Of a DNA stretch of 64,000 nt, positions 1 through 12,500 are shown piece by piece. Source of the DNA: Rotaria socialis (taxonomy: Eukaryota). Made by a program: the position numbers and the translations under genes. The notes under the pieces were generated by a model, which worked only from the letters and a program-made list of their open reading frames with translations, was not told where the DNA came from and did no database searches. The stretch is taken from contig CAJNYD010000223.1 in NCBI GenBank assembly GCA_905331295.1, forward strand, positions 124,001 to 188,000, in the 5' to 3' direction. How positions within the stretch are numbered: the stretch's first letter is position 1; each line of letters starts with the position of its first letter.

Positions 1-157
1 ACTGAGACACACAAAGACCATCTCGGCAGTTAAAGGATAATATATAAACTTGCAATTGTATCGACGAACATAGATTAAGTATTGAATCATCAACAACATC
101 TACCACCATAGACAGAGACGTCCAAATAAAGAAATTCAATGAAAAAAGTACTACGCA
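1..157 (-). CDS. Possible 5' coding fragment of a secreted/membrane protein with an LDL-receptor class A-like repeat, running off the window start
   Basis: My translation of the minus strand gives ...CVVLFSLNFFIWTSLSMVVD...SFNCRDGLCVSQ (hydrophobic stretch followed by an F-x-C-x-x-G-x-C-V motif). No start codon was established. Confidence 0.25.
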
Positions 158-1466
158 TTTTTCTCTAATTATTTCGGAAAAATATATGAGGTGTCACAGC
201 GTACTCTATACTTTCAGTATCTATTAATGAGTTTCTTTATTTTATTAATATCTTCTCAGAAACTTGTTGACTCAGTGTTTCCGGTGCTAAAACGAAATAT
301 AAGCTTTTGATAAAAATATTCATCTTTCAACGTAAAACTAATTACCTAGTAACTAGAACGTCTTTCTTTCAGCTTTTCTTGGTCAATTCAATTTATAATG
401 GCTAATAATAAATGGGAAAATGTCAATGTTATTTTTTATGATATGATTGATATATGTATATGACTATCATTTGACAAAGTGTTAAAACAAACGATTCTTT
501 TAAGTAAAAATATGAAGACACATTTTTCAGACAAATTAGAGAACAATAGAACTATGAATGGAAAGTGTCAATTATAAAATTTATTTGTTTTTCATTCTAT
601 CTTGATCTGAATTTAAACTCTCTCGTTCGTTTTGATCTATGGTGCCTATTGGAAAACAGGCTACTAATGAAATACTCGATGAAGATACATTTCACTTATG
701 AAAGAAAGCTACTATTTGATGATCTCACATGGCATCATACACAAAATTTAGTTCACTATACACTTGCATATTCTCTCACTAATAGAAAACTGAAAAGAGC
801 TATTAAAGCATGTTAATTTTTCCAATTGAAACCGGTGAAACAATTAAACACCTCCTCAAAATAAGTTCTACTTGACATGTTTCATGAAAAAAATCACTCT
901 AGGCGAACAAATGTATCACATTTTTAAAATACTTTTTGAAAAAAAAATTTCTTTTGGCCTTAAATTATGTGCTAAAAGGTACCTGATAGTTCACAAAAAA
1001 ACTCATCGCGAAGTAAGAAAATTGCTAGAAGTGAAAAACGATTAAATACCAGGTAAATAAATGATATGCCGTTTCTCTTCACGATACCTACGATCAGTGT
1101 TTCTAATAGAAATCTGAAATAAAATGTTTTTGTACATTTCTTTTATGTGAAGAATGTGTATCTTCACACTTTGATTTTATAAACAAAGTGTATCAAAGTG
1201 TAAATAAACGAAAAGCGTTGAAATAATGTAGAAAGAGAATAAAAAAAAGTCCTTGCTTATCTGTTTCATAGAGAAAAAAGGTGACATCGATTATAAACAA
1301 CGAAATTAGAGCTATACATACAAGTGGCATCTTTTTATCTGACAATAAAATAAAAGAGTAGAAAAAACAAAATTACTGTGCTATGTACATCAATAGAGCT
1401 ATCTATCATTTAAGGTGGAAAAGAAGAAAGTGACATAGATGATAAACAACAAAATAAGAGCTATAG

Positions 1467-1785
1467 CCCAGGTCGTCGACGTACGGCGGGAAACGGCCGG
1501 AAAGCACAGGAAAGCGCTGGAAAGTGGAAGCAGTATTCCAGTTGGAAGTTACCGGATTTTCTTCCTGTAGATTCCGATCAACTTCCAGATGTAAAACACA
1601 GAAAACTGACCGGAAAACACAGGAAACTGACCGGAATCCACAGGAAAAAAATCCGGTAACTTCCAACTGGAATACTGCTTCCAGTTTCCAGTGCTTTCCC
1701 ATGCTTTCCGGCCAGATACGGTGATTTTTCCACATCTTTCCGGCCGGTTCCTACAGTATCCGTCCTCCGGAATCATTGACCTGGG
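1467..1785. mobile_element. Palindromic non-autonomous DNA transposon (MITE), CMC/EnSpm-like
   Basis: Termini CCCAGGTC...GACCTGGG, 2-bp flanking duplication AG/AG, and long internal inverted repeats (GGAAGCAGTATTCCAGTTGGAAGTTACCGGATTTT and its reverse complement). This explains the spurious mirrored ORFs at 1406-1806. Confidence 0.8.
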
Positions 1786-1809
1786 AGAGGCACATAATTT
1801 TTTCACGAT

Positions 1810-3649
1810 TAGGGATGCACCAAATCTTGATTAAGATTTGGATTCGGGAGCAAACCCTTGGTATTTGAACTCGGATTTGGATTTGTAGCCTAGATTTGAA
1901 ACTTAATTTAGATTAGTGCCTGATATTTGAAGGGGTGTGGCTGAGGGTGTGGGTATGGGGAAAGAGAAGACGGGCACCCACACCCTCTAGAGATAGTATT
2001 AAATCATCATCATATTCATCACTACTATCAGAGTAGCGATCGCTCTCATTTTCATCAAATATAATTGGTACATAATCTTCGTCATCGAGATCAGGATTAT
2101 TGACGTCAACCCATTCATCAGACGTTAGATCAAAATCAATCAGACGTATTGCTTCTAATTCATCGTCAGAATCGTTGCTTGGTGCATGTGTTGTTGTTGT
2201 TATCTGTGCTTTTACACTAAAAAGAACAGAAATATTCTACCTAAAGTTATTTTCTTTTAACAAAAATCAAACTGATTTACCCTTTTGATGTTGAAACTTT
2301 CCATAAACCTAATCCAATTGATATTTTTTGATTGATGTTGTGCGCATCACAAGAAAATCTTAATCCAAATTCATAAGATGACGTTGCAGCCTTGATGTCA
2401 CTACCACTATCGGTAGTTATCGAAATAATTTTCGATTCGATATTTAATTTTTTAATTTCATTAATTATAAATGGCTTTAGCCATACACTAAAGTGCCGAC
2501 CACGGAATCGTCGAAAAGAAATAATATCTGATAAATGCTGATGATATTCATCAAGATAATGAGCAGTAATGACAATAAAATGATTTCGACGAGAATTTAA
2601 CCAAAGATCTGTAGTTAAAGATATATGAGCAATGTTTTTTAATTTTTCTTTTAATGAAGAACGTCGTTCTTGATACATTTCATCAAGATTTTTACGAACA
2701 GTCTGTCGTGTTGGACCACGATAACCAGGTTTAATTATTTCAAGAAAATGTTGCATACTAGCACGTCGAAATGTTCCAAAAGATAAACTATCTTTCACTA
2801 TGCATTCAATGGCTGCAGTATCTAATTCTTATTTCAAATGGGATGAAATGGTTGACTTGGTTTCATGATGTGCTCGTTGTTTTATTTGAGATGGAAACAA
2901 ATAATCATATAAACCGTGCTTAAAACCAATAATGACTATGCAGATTGCTATCGGAGAATTGACCATATTTATATTCCTACAAGAGAAGATAAATATATAT
3001 TAAATAAAACAGAAGCAAAACAATGACTAAGAGTACTAGTGCAACGTCTCTTAAAGTATTCCTTTTAAGCACATTATTTACTGTTCCTTTAATGGAGCTA
3101 GTTTCTGCTCTATAAATTGTCGAGTATTCTGAAAAGAAAATTTTGAAGAAAAGCAAGAAACATGTTTCTTACATGTAAACATAACGAACATTTAACCTTT
3201 TCACCATCATTAGCATGTATAAAATATTCGATTGGTCGTGTTAATAATCGATTCTTATGATTTAAAGTTGCAGCTATAGTTGTATCAGCACTAGCACTTG
3301 ATATATTTAATAAATTTTGTTGTTCATCTTCATCACGCTGAGGTGAACTTGAATTATTGACATTATTAACATCATAGTCCATTGCAGTTTGAATGTCAAG
3401 ATCAATATCAATTTTTTTGTTTTCTCTTCTGGATTGAGGTGTACCTTTTGAAGATCTTCCATAACTAGAAGAAACATTTGTTTTTGAAATTCCTCTTCGA
3501 ACACCAGATTGACGACGAGCACCGGATACTTCTCTTGGATTAATTCTCGAAGGACTTCTTCGGTTTGATATTGGCATATTTTGTATATTGCTTGGCAATA
3601 GGGGTGAGTTCGTTGATGATGATTGATCATGCATAGTATTTTGGCTCAT
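1810..3649 (-). mobile_element. Degenerate, internally deleted hAT (Ac/ZBED-like) transposon with a transposase pseudogene
   Basis: The 2277-2798 ORF has hAT motifs (ISLTTDLW, FIVITAHY, ITTDSGSDI, CDAHNI). A BED finger (KCSLC...H...H) is split by an intron, with a frameshift near 2930 and an in-frame stop near 2830. An Ac-type terminus TAGGGATGCACC lies at 1810, and the C-terminal half of the transposase is missing. Confidence 0.8.
1931..1987. repeat. Mini-element bounded by inverted telomere-like repeats (GGGTGT...ACACCC)
   Basis: AGGGTGTGGGTATGGGGAAAGAGAAGACGGGCACCCACACCCT; the core is related to copies at 7270 and 14325 (opposite orientation). Confidence 0.7.
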
Positions 3650-4578
3650 TTTTTAGATGAGATAAGGTTGATTGTTCAAATGCTTAATTGTTACTTCACA
3701 CGTTATACGAGAAATTTCATATGATATAACGTTTAGAACAGCAATACAACGGTTTTTCTATTGTTTTTTTCTTTCATTAGCGGACGTCCAAGAATTTACA
3801 TTCATTAATTGTTTAGATTAATTTATTCTCTGTTTCTTCCCTTCTACAATATGCACTTATACGTCGTAACACAAATGAATCTAGATCAATTAATTTTAGT
3901 CTGGTCGGGAAAAGATAATCGTCACAATAAAAGAAAATAAATTTCATTCACTCATCTATATGTAATTGCACACAGGAGTAAACTCCCAAACCACGACAAT
4001 CTAGCAAGATTGTACTTATAGAATAACGCGTTTTTCTAATATATTTGTATATATGCTCAATAATATGTAACCATAAAGACAATATCATATTTAACTGTAC
4101 ATGAGCACCCGTTATTTTCTGAGAAACTTGTACTATTCTGTATGTAGGGTCTATTCTGGAAATAATAAGAACTTCTTTCATACAGCATATTGACCAATGA
4201 AACAATGATATAAACCTAATAGTTAATCAGTTATCGTCAATATTTTTCTACCACAAAAATCGAAAAATCATTTACGGTGAGTTTCACAATTTAACTCCTG
4301 TCGTCTTCGAGAACCGGCACTTTCATTGTTTAAAAAACGAGCAAATGTCAATTAATTATAGTCTACATATGATATTAAACTAATTTCAATATTTCCCTTG
4401 CGTTTAAAAGTAGAATCTAATTTAATCATATCTTTCTTTTAAATAATGGCAGTGGTGAGTCAAAAATAATTATCAGTATAAGTTGATTTCTATTTCATCT
4501 CAGGTCAATGAATTAGCTTGAATTTTTATGATAAAATCATAATAACAAATTAAATAAGGACAACATAACTATGTTATA

Positions 4579-5446
4579 CCCAGTGAAAAATATTACTAAA
4601 AAAGAACGGTAAAGAATGCGTTCCAAAAGAACTGAAGCTCTTTTTTTAAGAAAATAAAACGTTCCACAACAAATGGAAACCGTTCTCAAATGCAACGAAC
4701 TAGAACGCATTCTATCATTCTAAGAAGGTGTTCTTGGTCGTTTCGAAATGGAACAGTGAAGAACGCATTCTGCCACTTGTGGAACGCTTTCTCTTCTTTA
4801 AAAAGGTTAACCTTTCTGATCACCTGGGTGATCATTAATAGATGAATCTACAATTAGTCAAAAGACTGTTCCTGATGCAACTTGACGAGCTCTATCGAAT
4901 GGCGTACTCCAATTCGTTGTAACTGAAACCGTTATTAAAATAATAATTTTTCTAAATCAGACCAAATATCCCTAAAGTAAAATCGAATGAAGATTCCATC
5001 ATTTCTCACATCAATTTCAACCTGCTTTGCTTCAGACCTTTCATTTTAGAATGAAAATGTGGTTTGCTTCGAAAAGAAAGCATTCATCTCTTCAGAGAAT
5101 CCATTGTCTTAAAGGCTCGTGAGAGAACGTAAAAGGAAGCTATTTTATTTCGATGAAATGCTATGTTAACCGTTCCGAAAGAAAATGAACTAGAATGAAT
5201 TCTACTGGTTTAAGAATGATTCAGAATGCTTTCTCTTCAAATAGGGAACGATTTTTCAGTATAGAAGAAAGTATTCCATACTAGTGTGGAACGGTAAAGA
5301 ACGAGTTCCTTCAGATCGAGAATATTTCTTTCTGACTCTGAACGCATTCGCTCAAACAAGGAACGCATTCTCTACGTAGGAGATAGGTTTCCATATCCGC
5401 ATGAAACCATTCTATTCCGTTTTTTTTCGAAATATTTTTCACTGGG
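4579..5446. mobile_element. Non-autonomous DNA transposon (MITE) with CCC...GGG ends
   Basis: 16-bp perfect TIR CCCAGTGAAAAATATT / AATATTTTTCACTGGG, TA on both flanks, and many internal AGAACGCATTCT-like subterminal repeats. Confidence 0.8.
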
Positions 5447-6600
5447 TAGTAATTTTTTAATTTCCTTATTCTGTGCTTTGCATTTGTAGTCAACACAAAT
5501 ACTTTGCATCATATACTTCCAATTAACTTGTTCTATTGATATATCAGAAATTTGTTTCTCTGTCAATCATAGAAAAATATCGCATCTTTATATTTATTTT
5601 TCCAAATTTACTGATTTATTTATCTTTATTTTATAAATATAAAGACTTCATTTATCTTTATTTTTTAAATAATAAAGATTTTCAAATTTATTGATCCTTA
5701 CTTTTTAAACATAAATAAAACGTTTATCTTTGTTTTGCAAATATAAAGATTTAATTTATAATTATTTCATAATGTAAATATAAAGTAACACCTCTAGATA
5801 CTATTAGATGACCTTTTTAAAATCGGATTTGATAAATTTCAGGTTAGTTTTAGAAAAATTTTCATTAACCTTAAATAATAAAAGACAATTTCGTATGAAT
5901 TACAAAATAACTCAAATTATCTCATAATAATTTCATGCCAATTTTAGTATATCTAAGACAAAACACAAATAATCCTATGCTAGCTTTTATCAGTTTGAGT
6001 GAATTTCTACAAAATTTGATCAACTAGAACAAATTCCTATAGAATTCATATTAGTGATAATCTGTCTCTAGTAGTCCCCCTTCAATTCTAATCAAGTTGA
6101 GTCAATTAAAACCAATTTCATATTGCCAACTAAAAGAAATACCTGGCAACTTCATGTAATTTCCAGGTTTATTAAATTGATTTTAGATAGATCCTGACCA
6201 AGCTCAGACCAATTCCAATCGAATCCGACCGATTCCGATCCCGACCGATTCTAGAATCGGAATCGACTCGGATCGGAATCGTTGCATTCCTACTTGTAAG
6301 GGTATTTTTAGAACGAAACTCTTCATGTTACCTTATTATCAAGTATTCCTGATAATATTTCAACTTTCGTGTTTTCTACTTGTAGTTAGAAGTGTAAGGC
6401 ACCACCGTAATGAATGTATACCTTTTTAAAGAGAACAATTCACTTTTGGCCAAATTCAAATTAATATTTCCATCAAATGAGTTTTCATCTTTTTTTTCTG
6501 ATAAGATTTTTAAGAAATAGCTAATTCTGTAGCCTTAATGTCGACACAAATCTGATAAAGGCATGAAAGAGATTTAGACCAATATTTTGAAACAGTACAG

Positions 6601-6926
6601 CCCATATCGAACAAACGCCGTCGTAAATGATCATATAGCGAATGATAAGAAAAAAATATCTGACTCAATATTACGATCGTAAATCAAAGTATCGTATACG
6701 AAAAAATACGATTGTAAAAGAAGACAAATATGGTTGTTTTGCAAGCTTCATACATGTAGCCTGTATATACTATCGGTTTTATTTCGTTTTCCTCAGTAAA
6801 TGATCATACTTCGTTATATACAATCATGACAATATCGAATCGCAATACTTAGCGAGACATTACGGTAAAGTACGATTGTATGCGGGCAAAATTGAGCGTA
6901 TAAGGGTCGTATTTCTCATTCTGGGA
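6601..6926. mobile_element. Degenerate MITE with TACGATCGTA-like internal repeats
   Basis: CCCA... and ...CTGGG ends with repeated CGTA/TACG motifs; TIRs are imperfect. Confidence 0.4.
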
Positions 6927-7269
6927 CGCTTTTCAAATTTTTTCCATTCATCGATGACAACCATCCAAACTAAGATTACGATAAAGATGACAGTAGATTG
7001 ATGAAAAATACTTTTGCTTTTTCGCGCTAAGATTCCCTTTAACATCCCTAGTCTCAATCCTGTCAATTCCTAGAGGAAACCTAGTAGGATATGCTAGGTC
7101 TCTAACTCCGAAGGATCCTGTCAAGTTTTACACAAGATCCTTTTTCAAATCCTAGTAAAATCTGTTTATAGGATTTTCGAGGATCCTGTTCAGGATTTGG
7201 TTAAGTTCCTGACTAGATATGTTTCGACTGAGAATGCAAGGTCCTGATTAAGATTGGAGATGAATCCAG

Positions 7270-7738
7270 AGGGTGTGGGTGCAAGTGCCTGTCTTGTCTT
7301 TCCCCACACCCACACCCACACACACCCAAAGAAGAATTTGTTAAGGGTATAGGTGTGGGGTGTATGTCTTATCTTATCACCCACACCCCACACCCATCCG
7401 AGTGGTTCTGTAAAAAATTAGGCTTAAATGACTGTCTTCTGGAAACTTTGAAAGCATGGCTCTGGGTTGCACAAGTACCAATTATGACGAAGGACATCTT
7501 TCGTGAGGTAGTTTGGATTGACTTTATGTCGAGTAAACCTGGGTTCCTTCAGGCTCTGCGTATGTATCGTGTCTTGGAGTTGATTTATATACTTGAATTC
7601 TGTGATATCCTTGAGTTTCTATCGATTCTTGACATCCTTCAGCTCTAACTCTCGGCTTATTTATTTGATGCGTATGTACCATAGCTGTGCCTGAGGGTGT
7701 AGGTGTGGGGTGTATGTCTTCTCTTGTCACCCACACCC
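7270..7738. repeat. Cluster of three telomere-repeat-bounded mini-elements (7270-7327, 7345-7396, 7694-7738)
   Basis: GGGTGT.../...ACACCC inverted ends. The copies at 7345 and 7694 share the core GGGGTGTATGTCTT(A/C)TCTT(A/G)TCACCCACACCC. Confidence 0.7.
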
Positions 7739-7817
7739 TTTACTTCCTAGAAATTTCATCTGTCTAATATTTACTGCTGTTAGAGAAACATAGTTTTCAG
7801 ATGATTCTTTTGTTTTA

Positions 7818-8750
7818 ATGGTATCAATGCGTGCCAGTCAACTGGATATTCCTATCCATGCCACATGGTCACAGACGGGTGTTACTGTAGCTGGAGGGAA
7901 TGGTCGAGGTAAAGGAACTCATCAACTCTACCATCCGCACGGTTTGTTCGTTGATGATGACCAAACAATTTACATTGCTGATTACAGCAACGATTGGATC
8001 GTGGAATGGAAACCTGGTGCCAGCAATGGACAAGTCGTTGCTGGTGGTAACGGATATGGAAAAGGCGATCATCAATTGAACGGACCCTTGGATGTCATTG
8101 TTGACAAAGAAACAGATAGTCTCATCATCAGTGACAAAGGCAACGCGAGAGTTGTGAAATGGCCTCGCCGAGATGGGGAAAAAGGTGAAACACTGATTTC
8201 GAATGTCTATTGCACTGGTTTAACTATGGACCAACAAGGATCACTCTATGTCGTTGAGAAATACGGTCACAAAGTAGACCGGTATCGAAGAGGTGACACT
8301 CAAGGAGAAGTAGTTGCAGGTTATAATAGAGAAGGAAATGACCTTGATCAACTATCTCGTCCTTGGAGTATCTTTGTCGATCAAGAACACTCAGTTTATG
8401 TGTCTGACTCTGGTAATCATCGAGTGATGAAATTTAAACAAGGTGCAAAAAAAGGAAATGTCATCGCTGGCGCCCAGGAAGATGAAGACAGTCTACCAGA
8501 ATTGTACTCTCCCCGAGGAATTGTTGTTGATCAATTAGAGACCATCTATGTTGCTGATGAGTTGAACAGTCGAATTATGCGTTGGCCCAAAAGAGCTAAA
8601 CATGGAAGTGTCATAATTGGCGGAAATGGGAAAGGAAGCAATTCGAATCAATTAAATTATCCCATAGGTTTATCATTTGATCGTCATGGAAATCTTTATG
8701 TCGTCGATTCCGATAATGCCCGTGTTCAACGCTTCGATATTAATATCTAA
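7818..8750 (+). CDS. NHL-repeat (six-bladed beta-propeller) protein, intronless
   Basis: 310-aa ORF with repeated VAGGNG.G....QL..P.G..VD....YVAD..N.R units. Confidence 0.92.
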   Translation: MVSMRASQLDIPIHATWSQTGVTVAGGNGRGKGTHQLYHPHGLFVDDDQTIYIADYSNDWIVEWKPGASNGQVVAGGNGYGKGDHQLNGPLDVIVDKETDSLIISDKGNARVVKWPRRDGEKGETLISNVYCTGLTMDQQGSLYVVEKYGHKVDRYRRGDTQGEVVAGYNREGNDLDQLSRPWSIFVDQEHSVYVSDSGNHRVMKFKQGAKKGNVIAGAQEDEDSLPELYSPRGIVVDQLETIYVADELNSRIMRWPKRAKHGSVIIGGNGKGSNSNQLNYPIGLSFDRHGNLYVVDSDNARVQRFDINI

Positions 8751-9543
8751 TGAGCTCTGCTTCCTCTAATTCAAACGTCTTTTTTTCGTCTCCCCTTCTT
8801 CTATTTCAAAAAGATCACAATCAAACGATATGTTGTGTTATGTTTTCCTTTTTTGATAACAACGATGGCAATGATAATTGAAGCTAACACTCGTAGAAAT
8901 TATATCCATTTTGGATTGGCTTCATTGGTATTGGTCGTCGTGAAATTGGACCATACACGAGTTGAATGTAGAAAATAGGCATGAATTAGAAACAATTGAA
9001 ACGAGATATTAAAACTTCTCAGTATCAGTATATTGTATTTTGTGGAACTCGCATATATTTTCGAAAAGAATAGCGAGTGTAAGTTATGTATCGAGGTTTT
9101 CCGGCTCCCCCAACCCTCTCCATTACAGACATGCCCCACCTAATTACCCCCCCCCCCTCTCTGTTTACATTAGACGCAATAACTATCATCGGCAATACGC
9201 TTAAACAATAAAAAGCATACGAACCGAATACAAGAAAATAATACGCGCGTAGCAATAGAGATAAATAGCGCCTACCAAAAGCAAAAAAAGTTATTACTAT
9301 AGAAAGAGAACTAAAATAGATCATTTTCACGTTGATCGACTGTATTCGAAAACAACTGTGATGTGATACAGTTGTTTTATTTTACATATATTGTATCGAT
9401 GTTAGTATAATGAAACTGTAGAGATTATGTGAGTTCCACATTTTAGCTCCAACGGAGCTGCGCTGATAAGCTTTTTCTACCGTCCTGATTCTCTGTTTTA
9501 GAATAGAAAGCAATTGACGATTATTGTCTTAACTCATTTCTCG

Positions 9544-12500
9544 ATGGTAATCATGTCTCTTACTAATCTTCCTCTCGAACTTATTCATCGAATTTTCGAT
9601 TATTGTGATATATTAACGATACTTTCTGTTCGTGTTACCAGTAAATACTTATACTTGGCTGCTAATGCCTTTGATCGATATGACCTCGACAATAATTATG
9701 CGTCAGAAAATACATTATCATTAATTACTCGTTTTATTCGACTGCAAAACTTTGTTTCACTGAATCTGTCCAGTGGTTATGTGACAGATGACTCGTTTAC
9801 TGAACTGATGTCACATATCGATATTCGTCAGTTAATTCGACTTCGTTCATTAACTCTTTCTAATCTAAGCGATGTGAAATTGAAGCAAATTTTATCCATG
9901 GTAAATTCAGAATCTCTTCTCTCACTTTCTATTCAGTTTGATGTGAAGAAATATAGTGGAGTATTTAATATTTTGTCATCAGCGATTACGCGACTTATTG
10001 CATTACAAAGGCTTCATTTAAATACGGTTGGCTATAAGGAAATGCAGATAGCATGGCCCACTAACTGTAGTTTGAAATATGCGATTATCGATACCTGCAC
10101 GTACAATCAATATCGAGTTATGATTCATAGCCTACCCCATTTAGAAAGTGTTTCTATAGAGGATTGCACTTTAAACGAGTACAATGGGAAAACTCTATTA
10201 TTATCTGCGCCTACGTTACATCCATCATTGAAGTCTCTAACTATGGCCAAAAGTAGACTTCCTGCAGAGTATATTCAACGTCTACTTTCAGAAACACCCA
10301 ATCTTGTCAATCTAACACTGATTTCACATAAACGACAATTTGATTCCCTTTTCGATGGTGCTTATTGGGAAAATTTTATCCAAATGAAGTTACCTTTGCT
10401 GGCTAAATTCGAATTTTTCTTCGAAAGTTGTCTAAGCAAAGTAGAATGTGACTATAAAGGCGACTACCATTACAAAGAAAAGGACGAAAATTATACTCAT
10501 ACTAGCCTCAGCTCACTTATTCTTCCATTTCGAACACCATTCTGGCTCGATGAAAAACGCTGGTTTGTTACTTGTGATTTTCTGATAGAGTCTGCAGATT
10601 TAAGAATCTGTACCGTTCCTGTCATTGTTGTTGATAAGTGGCAGTGCTACAGATGTGAGTTGTCTCCGTTCGATGATAAACCTCGTATTACTGAACGATT
10701 AGTCAATGAAGCCATCGGCACTTCTACAGATAAGGTATTTAAAGAAGGTCTCTTATACCTGAAAGTGAATTATCTTACTGAGTGCATTTGAAAATATGAA
10801 TAATCAAAGTCAGTTATTGACTAGATCTTGAGGCTCTTGCAATATGGATAAAATTAACTGATTTCTAAATCGATTTCCCCCGAATTTGAACTAAAAAATA
10901 GTTGAATATCGTTCATACATTTGGTTCAACTTTTCTCAATTTGTACATTTTCTCTCATTACCAATCATATTCATGCGGAAACTTCATATAATCGATGTTG
11001 ACAAGTATTCATGTTGATTATATACACAACTGTATATTTAAAAGCATGATTTTAATTCGAATAGATCTAAACCAAAAATCTCTGGAGCTCTTTGCAAGCT
11101 ATATAGGACAGTGATTGTCATTTCTTTCTTTCTATACAGGTACTCACCACACTCAAGTTTGAAAATTGTGGAATCAATAGTATACGAATAGGATATCTTG
11201 CCGATGTTTTACGACATGATAAAGTGATTTTTTGTTTTACAGTATCCTCATACGTGAGATACATTCTTCTTTGTACATAGACAATTACCAACTTGAATCT
11301 CAAAAATAATACAATAGGACCAAAAGGAATTCAATATATTGCCGAAGCTTTACAACAGAACAAGGTAATTTTCTGTCTTATCTAATGTTCTGCAAATGTG
11401 ACTTTCTTCTCTTTACAGACACTTACTACACTGAATCTTCAGCAAAACTGCATCGGAACCAATGGGGCACCATATATTTGCGATATTCTCCAGCACAATA
11501 CAGTGCACTATATTCTCTCTTTATCTCTCTCATATCAATCTGTTCTTCTGCGTATAGACACTCACGAGACTGAATATTGGCATGAGCGGCATCGGAGTTG
11601 ATAAAATGATAGAAATCTTTAATGCATTACAAGCTAATACAGTAGTCAAGCCTCTCTCGCTATCTCGCTCATATTCATGTTCTTTGCCATATAAAGACAC
11701 TCAAAGCAATTGATTTGTATCACTGTAGCATTGGAAGATATGGTATGGATTACCTCACTAATGCTCTACAAAAAAATACGGTAACCCTAATTTTCTCATA
11801 ATTTCTTGCATGTCTACTTTATTCTCTTTACATAGACACTCACTGAACTGAATCTCACTTCGAACGATATCAAAGTTGCTGCTGCAGAACATCTAGCTTG
11901 TCTTTTCCGAAAGACAACTGTTAGTTATACTATCACTTCATTTTCCGTGACATTAACCTTATTTAGTACTCAAAGGCGCTCTCTATATTAAATCTTTACG
12001 ACAATGAAATCAATGCTATTGCCGCTAAACATCTTGCTGATGGATTACAACACAATAAGGCAAACTGCAGTTAATATTGATATTTCTCATGTTGATTTTG
12101 TTCTTGACCATCAGACTCTTACTTTCCTGAACATTGGACGCAATGAAATGGAGGAAGAAGGAATAAAATATATTGCTGATGCCTTACAGACTAATACGGT
12201 GAGCTAATTATATTTCGTTTTTGCCTCGTATGTGCTTCTTGTCTTTTAAATGTAGACACTTCGCATACTACAGATTGATTGGAATACGATCAGAACTACT
12301 GGAGCACGGCATCTCAGTGATGCTATGCGCAAAAACACGGTAAATTTCATTCATTTTATATCTCTCAATGATATCCAACTTCAACTTGGCATAGACACTT
12401 ACTGAGCTGTCTGTTGTCTATAATTGCATTGGAGACAAGGGAGTGGAACACTTGTGTGATGCTCTACGACATAACAAAGTAACTCGGGTTCTCTTTTTAT

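Noticed and set aside
1406..1806. Three ORFs with mirrored peptide repeats
   Set aside because: Artefacts of a palindromic MITE; the same applies to the ORFs at 50582-51013.
6200..6292. GTTGCATTCCTA with CCGATT repeats as the other end of the hAT element starting at 1810
   Set aside because: Two TIR mismatches and no matching 8-bp TSD; it may belong to a different hAT relic.
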